Assembly (NCBI GenBank): GCA_000388065.2
Contig: KB932203.1
DNA length: 53,584 bases
Source of the DNA: Fonticula alba ATCC 38817
Lineage: Eukaryota; Protista; Nucleariida
Strand: one strand, 5' to 3'
Shown here: in pieces, positions 46,972 to 53,584 of the stretch
Layout: the number at the start of each line of letters is the position of its first letter
How positions within the stretch are numbered: position 1 is the first letter of the stretch
Notes under the pieces: generated by a model
Database searches by the model: none
What the model was told of the DNA's origin: nothing
What the model saw: only the letters and a program-made list of their open reading frames with translations
Translations under genes and position numbers: made by a program

Positions 46972-49212
46972 ATGATCATGGCCCAGGCTCCGCCGCTGAG
47001 CATGCACTCGCCGGATATGCGCCGGCTCTTTATCCAGGGGATCCCTCTGTCGGCCTCGGCCGCAGACCTGGAGGCCCGGTTCCGGCCCTTTGGCCGGGTC
47101 GTCGAGTGCGAGATCCCACTCTGCACGAACAGCGGCCTGTCGCGCGGCTATGGCTTTGTGTCGCTTGACGTCACGGAGAAGGAGCTGAACCGCTGTGCGT
47201 GCCCCGTCTTGCCCCTGCTTGGTCTCTCGCTCCGTCTCTCTCTCCCTCTCTCTCCCTTTGGCTCTCTGTCGCTCCGTCCCTCCCTCTCGCCCGGTCACCC
47301 TTTTGCGGCCCATGACTCGGCGTGGGGCTCCGACTGACATCCTTCATGCCCGGTCGCGGGCACGGCCGCCCTTCCCAGGCATGAGTGTCTATGCCAAGTC
47401 CAAGTGGCAGGGCCGGGAGATGCGCGTGCAGCTGGCCAAGCCCCGGATCGAAGAGCGCCTGCAGGGCGAGCGCCAGGCGGCGGCCGCGGCGGCGGCTGCC
47501 GCCCGCGAGGCCGCGGCCAGCGCCGCTCGCGCCCAGGTCATCGAGCCGGGCCCGCATCTGGACCCGGAGGCCGACCCCCTGTCGGTGCCCCTGCCATCCA
47601 AGTGGAAGCGCGCCTACCACAACCGCCTGGTGCCGGTGCTGCGCTTCTGGCACCCGGACCGCAGCAAGCGCAAGGTATGCCCCGCGCGCCGTGTGCCCCC
47701 CTGCCCCCCGGCGGGGGGCCGAGGCTCGACCTCCCTTTTCTTTTTCCCCCTTTCTGCCACTCCCCGCGTCACTGGAGGGGGCCGGCCACTGACCGCGGTC
47801 CATGCTGTGGTGGCCCGTCATGGGCGCAGTTCCTCGTCATCGACCCGTCCAAGGGCCGGGCGCACCGGGTTCGCTTCCCGGTGGCCGGGCAGGAGAAGCC
47901 GATCGGCAAGCTGATGCGCTACTACTACAAGCCCCCGGCATCGGCCCTGTACCTGCCGCAGAACATCGACCATCTGGCGGTTTCCTCGGTGCTGGCGTAC
48001 ACGGCCCCGATGCGGGCGCACGGGGCCGACTCTTCCGGCGGCTCGGACGGCCGGTCGTCAGCCTCCTCGGATTCCGACTCGGATGCCGGGTCGGCCTCGG
48101 GCGCCGGTGGCCGGGGGGCCTCGCACGGGTCGTCCTCCTCCTCCTCCTCCTCCTCTTGGGCCGCTGGTGGCGGTCGCGGGGAGGCCGATGAAGAGGAGGA
48201 GGAGGATGGGCGCCGGCCGCGGCGCAGCGCCTGGCCCCCGGCCGGCAACTGCCAGCCTGGTGGTCTCCTCAGCGGGCTGGTGGATCTGGACGAGGAGGAG
48301 GCCGACGAGGAGGACGGCGAGCCGGAGTTCTTCGCCCCGGAGGACGGCGCCGTCCAGCAGTACCACGACCAGTATGATGCGGCTGATCCCGAGCAACAGG
48401 GCGACCATGAGCCGGGGGTGGCCACCGGGCACTTCCCGAATATGCCCTTTTTCTTCCACTCGTCGCGGGACTTTGCCGGCGGGTGCCTGGACTCCGGCGA
48501 GGCGATCGTCGCGTGGGACGGCCAGCCCGTGGGGTTGCGTTTCGCCGCGCGCGGCAACATGTGCGTGCTTTTTGCCTCTCCCCGCTGTGTCTTGCCGCTC
48601 TGTGACCTTTATGTATACATGCATCCGTGTGTCTCGCTGACGATGTACTTTGTGCCGCGCCCTCCTCTCTTTTCTTTCCGTCTTTCTTTCCGTCTTTCTT
48701 TCCGTCTTTCTTTCTCTCTTTCTCTCTCTCTTTCTCTCTTTCTCTCTTTCTCTCTTTCTTTCTCTCTCTCCCTCTCTTTCTTTCTCTCTCTCCCTCTCTT
48801 CCTTTCTCTCTCTCCCCCTCTCCCCCTCTCCCCCTCTCTCCCTCTCTCCCTCTCTCCCTCCTTCTCCCCCTCCCTCCNNNNNNNNNNNNNNNNNNNNNNN
48901 NNNNNNNNNNNNNNNNNNNNNNNNNNNNNNNNNNNNNNNNNNNNNNNNNNNNNNNNNNNNNNNNNNNNCTCCCTCCCTCTCCCCCTCCCTCCCTCTCCCC
49001 CTCCCTCCCTCTCCCCCTCCCTCTCGCACACGCCCCATCGCCCATGGTCTCTTCCTCACTGTGCTCGCTCGTGCAGGGAAAGCATCCGCGAGGCGTGGTT
49101 CAAGAAGCGTGCGGAACTGAGCGAGGAGTACAAGAAACTGCACAAGTCGGCCGTCCGGCGCCAGACTCGCTACCAGCTGAGCACCAGCCAGCCGGCCGCC
49201 ACCGAGCAGTAA
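46972..49212 (+). CDS. NOL8: Nucleolar protein 8 (Nop8)-like RRM protein (~461 aa, 4 exons)
   Basis: Exons 46972-47194, 47379-47674, 47830-48560, 49077-49212 (1386 nt). RRM RRLFIQGIP..DLEARFRPFGRV..RGYGFVSL. NOL8-specific KELNRCMSVYAKSKWQGREMRVQLAKP, RLVPVLRF..IDPSK, and C-terminal PFFFHS..EAWFKKRAELSEEYKKLHKSAVRR. First ATG uncertain (46972, 46978 or further downstream). Confidence 0.85.
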
Positions 49213-49462
49213 CCGGGCCCAGGGCGACGCCGCTTCCCCCCCCCCCCTCCCCCCCTCCGTCCCTTGTGACCGACATGGCGTGGGGGCTGTTCCTCTGTCC
49301 TCGGTCGCAAAGAAAAATGCACTCCCCATATAGATCCCACATCACTCCCCTTCCCCTCGGCCTTGTGGTGGAGGCGGGCATCCGCCGGCCCAGCAAGGAA
49401 CACACGCCGGTCCCGCGTCGCGCGGGTGCGCGATTTATGCGCGCGTGGTCCTCCCCCCGCGC

Positions 49463-49533
49463 GGGTCCATAGCTCAGTGGTAGAGCGTTTGCACCATAAC
49501 TCAAGGTCCTCGGTTCAATCCCGAGTGGATCCA
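49463..49533 (+). pseudogene. tRNA-like gene with intact acceptor, D and T arms but a disrupted anticodon arm (CAT triplet)
   Basis: GGGTCCA/TGGATCC acceptor stem, GCTC-AGTGGTA-GAGC D arm, CTCGG-TTCAATC-CCGAG T arm. Anticodon region TTTGC-ACCATAA-CTCAA has two mismatches and no U33; total 71 nt. Pseudogene status is inferred. Confidence 0.65.
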
Positions 49534-49636
49534 CGCATGGGGCGCCCCCCTGCCTGGCGCGCGCGCGCTGGCCTCCCCTCTTTTTGGTCCGGGGCGCGTG
49601 GCCCGCCATCAGCGCGCGCGGGCAAAAGGAAGAGCG

Positions 49637-49708
49637 AGGGCCCACCCGGGGTTGATCCGGGGACCTGTCGATCTGCAGTCGACCGCTCTACCACTGAGCT
49701 ATAGACCC
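49637..49708 (-). tRNA. tRNA-Cys(GCA), copy 1
   Basis: 72-nt cloverleaf; anticodon arm GTCGA-CTGCAGA-TCGAC; U73 discriminator; T4 run downstream. Confidence 0.95.
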
Positions 49709-49791
49709 GCGTCGCTGCCCGCCTACTCCGCCGCAAGCGCCTATGCTTGTTGCCCTTTCCCCGGGACACCTCTGGCAGGGCAGGTGCTCGT

Positions 49792-49794
<3 letters not shown>

Positions 49795-49872
<78 letters not shown>
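49795..49872 (+). repeat. (GA)39 perfect microsatellite
   Basis: Direct count; lies between tRNA-Cys copies 1 and 2. Confidence 0.97.
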
Positions 49873-49875
<3 letters not shown>

Positions 49876-50390
49876 CCCCCGGGAGGCCACCAAATGCGAG
49901 GCCCCCTGCCGGACGGCCCCGGCCCCAGGGGGACACCTGCCGCAGAATGAAGTCACTTCTTGGCTCGCACCCGGTCCCGGCCCCGGGCATCTGGCGGGTT
50001 CGGCGCAGTGTGCACCGGGCCAGCGAGAAGCGTGCGCGAGCCTCTTCCCCGCGCCCCGCCGGCCGGAAGGGTGTCGGCCGAGTGGCAAGGTGACTCGCCG
50101 CCGGTGCGAGAACCAAGGAGCCGCCCCTCCCCCCGGTCGCCCTGCGCCCCGGGGACCCACCTTGGAAAAGGGGGTGGGGGTGCGGCGCGGCCGCCAGCAC
50201 CGGGTGCTTTTGTGCCAGCCACCGGGTAAAGCAGCGGCGGCCCGGCACGGGGAGAAGGAGAAACCCACGGTGGCGACTACAACAGGCGAAGGTGGCAAAA
50301 TGCGCATTCAGGCGCGCAGCAAGCAGAGTGGCAAGGGGAGAGGCGGCGCCGGGGGGTGGGCAGCGCGCCAAAAGGGAATGCGTGCGTGTG

Positions 50391-50462
50391 AGGGCCCACC
50401 CGGGGTTGATCCGGGGACCTGTCGATCTGCAGTCGACCGCTCTACCACTGAGCTATAGACCC
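50391..50462 (-). tRNA. tRNA-Cys(GCA), copy 2
   Basis: Identical to copy 1 over all 72 nt; T4 run downstream. Confidence 0.95.
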
Positions 50463-51233
50463 GCCTCACTGGGGGCCGGCCCCCGGGCGAGGGCATTTTT
50501 CTCGTCGAAGTGCTCCGGCCCGCTCGCTCGGCGCCCACCGGCGCGGAGGATGCCCTCGGGCCGCGCCCCGAGGTCGGCCCCGGTCTGAGAGGAGCGCCAT
50601 GCGGAGGGGGGCCGGCAGCGAAGAAAGCCGACAGGGCCCCCGGCGCGCGGCGTCCTCTCGGGGTAGGGCCATCCGGAACCGGGTCACACTGTCTCGCGGC
50701 ACGGTGCCGGCGTCTGGGCGGGCGGGAGGAATCACACCGACACCGGGGGGAGAAGGGCGACCGCTCTTCAGGGTGCTGGTGCTTCCGGAGGCGCGGAAGC
50801 CCACTCTGCCGAGACAGCCCGGCCCGGGGAGGGGCGGAGAGGGGTGTGGTCAGGCCGGAGATGGCCAGCTCTCGACCCGACGCGCCCCAGCAGGCAGGGC
50901 ATGGGCAGATCCCGGGCCCGAGTGTGGTCAGACAACCGTTCCCGAGCATATCGCGCCAGGCGGGCGGCGGGGCAGTAGCAGGCGCGGACGTGTAGTCCTG
51001 TGAGGTGTGTGTGTGTCCGTGTGTCCGTGTGTCCGTGTGTGTCCGTGTGTGTGTGTGTGCGGTTGTGACCTGGCGGCGTCACGTCTGTCGGCCCTGCAAG
51101 GAAGGACGGCGACCGGAGGGGAGGCGCTTTTGGCAGCAGTGGCGGTGGCCGGTCGTCAGGTCGTCGGGGCGGAGAGCGGGTGCCACGCACGAGGGGATAT
51201 CAGGGTGAGGATCGTGGAGGGGATCAGCGACAC

Positions 51234-51305
51234 GGGTCTATAGCTCAGTGGTAGAGCGGTCGACTGCAGATCGACAGGTCCCCGGATCAACCCCGGGTGG
51301 GCCCT
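51234..51305 (+). tRNA. tRNA-Cys(GCA), copy 3
   Basis: GGGTCTATAGCTCAGTGGTAGAGCGGTCGACTGCAGATCGACAGGTCCCCGGATCAACCCCGGGTGGGCCCT; exact reverse complement of copies 1 and 2. Confidence 0.95.
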
Positions 51306-51314
51306 CGCCTCTCC

Positions 51315-51321
51315 TTTTTTT
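51315..51321 (+). terminator. RNA polymerase III T7 terminator for tRNA-Cys copy 3
   Basis: T run begins 10 nt after the discriminator base. Confidence 0.8.
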
Positions 51322-51436
51322 GCGCCCACGCGCGCCCCTCCCTCACACTCGGCCGAGCAGCCGCGGCGACACGCCGGCACCCGGCCCACGTGCAGTGGAA
51401 TATAGGCCCCCCTTCGGGGGCGAAGGATACGAGGAA

Positions 51437-51508
51437 GCCCTCTTAGCTCAGTGGTAGAGCGTCGCTCTCGTAAAGCGAAGGCCGGGTGTTCAATCCACCC
51501 AGTGGGCA
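51437..51508 (+). tRNA. tRNA-Thr(CGT)
   Basis: 72-nt cloverleaf; TCGCT-CTCGTAA-AGCGA anticodon arm; GGGTG-TTCAATC-CACCC T arm; C2-G71 pair; one U5:U68 mismatch. Confidence 0.92.
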
Positions 51509-51515
51509 CTTTCTC

Positions 51516-51522
51516 TTTTTTT
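51516..51522 (+). terminator. RNA polymerase III T7 terminator for tRNA-Thr
   Basis: T run begins 8 nt after the discriminator base. Confidence 0.8.
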
Positions 51523-51706
51523 CGCCCGGCCCGCCTCGCGCGCCCGGCCGCGCCCATGTGGTGCTTTCCAGGCTGTTCCGCTGGCAGGCCGGCGCCCTGC
51601 CGCGCGCGCCCCCCCGGGGGCACATGTGCTGTGCGCGCGCGGGCGCCCGGGCGGGGGGGAGAATTTTCCACCAGCGTGAGGGGGAGGGGGGGGGGGGGGG
51701 AGGGGG

Positions 51707-51742
<36 letters not shown>

Positions 51743-51953
51743 CGCGGCCGATGNNNNNNNNNNNNNNNNNNNNNNNNNNNNNNNNNNNNNNNNNNNNNNN
51801 NNNNNNNNNNNNNNNNNNNNNNNNNNNNNNNNNNNNNNNNNNNNNNNNNNNNNNNNNNNNNNNNNNNNNNNNNNNNNNNNNNNNNNNCCCACACACACAC
51901 ACACACGCACGCACGCACCGCACGGGGCACCCCTTGACCGCACCCCGACAGCC

Positions 51954-53341
51954 ATGTCGCAGATTCACCTGCCCAGCCTGTACCAGGCCGCGCGCCTGGG
52001 CTTTGGCATTGCCATTCCCCACTACCTGGTCGTGCCGGCCATCCGGCTGGCCTCCTTCCCGTACTACCTCCAGCGCGAGGGGTGGAAGCCCCGCGACGCG
52101 GAGCGCTTCGTCGGGCTGACGGCCCCGGAGGCGGAGGCCGCCACCGCGGCCAAGACCGCCGCCCTGGCCGCCGACCCCTTCGCCAACCACCCCTTCAGCC
52201 GGCACCTGGGCCCGGACGCGGCGGAAAACGCCGCCCGGCAGCAGATCCTGGAGATGCAGCGCAATGCCGAGGCCGACACGCGCCTGGCCCAGGCGGCGCG
52301 CGACGCCCGGGCGGCCATCCTCCCGGCCCGGCACCGCCTTGTCATGGAGTTCGCCAAGGACCTGCCCCCCTGGCCGCCGGCCACGCGCAACCAGCGCGAG
52401 CTGGTCCCCCGCGTGGCCTGGCTCCGGCGCGGCTACTCCGGCGACATCATGGACTACCTGAACCTGGCCCGGCGTCTGGAGGAGACCGGCGACCAGGAGG
52501 CCATGGCCGCCTACCAGGCCTTCGTCCAGGAGGGCACCCACGCCCTGGACAACCTGGCCCTGCGGAATCCCCTGCTGCGGGAGCTCCTCCCCCGGCCGGA
52601 TGACTTCGACCTGTGCATCCTGCTGGACACCATCCCCGAGCAGGTGGCCCAGATGTACGGCCACTCGCCCATGGCCCGGGTGGGCATCCCGGTGCAGTCC
52701 TTCTCCGAGCTGAATACCGACGAAATCATGGACATCATCGACGAGGAGATGGACTTCGGCGAGGACCCGAATGATCCTCGCGGCCCGATGGCCTCCCCCC
52801 GGCCCATCGACCGGACCGATGGGCGCTTCTTCACCGAGTACCGCAACCTGTATGAGGCCCTGACCGGCACCGGGGCCGGGGCCATGCCGGCGGACAATGT
52901 CCGCGGCCGCCGGCGCCGGTCCAACACCCCGCCCACCCTGCCGGACGCCATGATCATGCCCGGGCACTTTGTGTATGCCCCGCTGGCTCGCGAGACCGGG
53001 CTCTACTTTGCCGGCCATGCCACCGGCTCGGCCACCTACGACTCCGACCTCATCGACGATGATGACGCCCAGCTGATGAGGGAGCTCCAGGACACGGCGG
53101 CCGCCATCACCTCGGCCGCCCAGGGCCCCAGCAATCTGGACAACCTGCTGCAGTCCCTCAACCAGGAGCAGCCCGATGGCGAGCGTGTCAGCGGCCGGGC
53201 CCAGGCCTTCCGTCCCGGGCAGTCGGTCAATCGGGATGCCCTGCGCCAGGCCGAGCGCCTGGCGGCCGAGGCCCGCGAGCGGGCCATCCATGCCGAGGAG
53301 GTCCTGGCGGCTGCGCGCCTGGGCCCGGCCAATGAGCGCGC

Positions 53342-53373
<32 letters not shown>

Positions 53374-53570
53374 AGCAGGTCCGCCTGGCTGATCGGACGG
53401 TGGCCGCCGCTCGCCAGGCCCGCCAGGCCAGCCACGTCAAGACCACCGTCGTCGCCGAGGCCCTGGAGGACGCCGTGGAGGATGTGTCCCACTCCCTGAG
53501 CCAGGAGGCCCGCGAGGGGCGCGAGGTGTCCCCGGCCCGCGAGGCCGGCCGTCCCGGTCGCCGCAAGTGA
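51954..53570 (+). CDS. Hypothetical protein (538 aa from the first visible ATG), helical with a coiled-coil-like C-terminus
   Basis: Uninterrupted 1617-nt ORF with strong GC3 bias and normal amino-acid complexity. It is preceded by TTGAC..GACAG (branch/acceptor-like), so an upstream exon may lie in or before gap 51754-51888. No family recognised. Confidence 0.75.
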
Positions 53571-53584
53571 GCCCGCCCCCCCCC

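Noticed and set aside
49871-49960. Possible decayed fourth tRNA-Cys after the (GA)39 run (agggccc..ggggacacctgccg)
   Set aside because: Only short GC-rich matches with wrong spacing, no A box and no cloverleaf; compatible with chance.
48609-50458. ORFs with ERERER or LSLSLS runs
   Set aside because: Translations of (GA)n/(CT)n microsatellites in an intron and in tRNA spacers; some overlap tRNA genes.
1-53584. Transposon, retroelement or viral insertion
   Set aside because: No transposase, reverse transcriptase, integrase or capsid motifs, and no terminal repeats with target-site duplications were seen.

Overview
Very GC-rich, intron-containing eukaryotic nuclear DNA with nine N-gaps. There is no sign of a prokaryotic operon, transposon or CRISPR array. 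The style (C-rich introns, GTGCGT donors, proteins inflated with low-complexity sequence) resembles an early-branching opisthokont such as Fonticula alba; this is inference only. I built spliced models by hand, checking phase at each junction, for 11 protein genes: a ~2565-aa ankyrin-repeat protein (+), two orphan proteins with mitochondrial-type N-termini (-), YKT6 (-), VWA8 (-), THOC2 (-), UBE2W (+), a single-pass membrane orphan (-), a Rubicon-homology-domain protein (-), NOL8 (+) and a 538-aa orphan (+). A Pol III cluster at 49.4-51.5 kb holds three identical tRNA-Cys(GCA) genes, one tRNA-Thr(CGT) and one tRNA-like gene with a broken anticodon arm. The most notable observations are: (1) 31 of 34 modelled 5' splice sites have C at +4 and none has A; (2) all three tRNA-Cys carry A54 instead of T54; (3) the tRNA-like gene has intact A and B boxes but a remodelled CAT-containing arm; (4) UBE2W has a ~48-aa helical insertion; (5) a CCAAT-bearing higher-order tandem array lies upstream of YKT6. 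Family calls come from recalled sequence motifs, not database searches. Most long ORFs in the six-frame track are GC-driven shadow frames.
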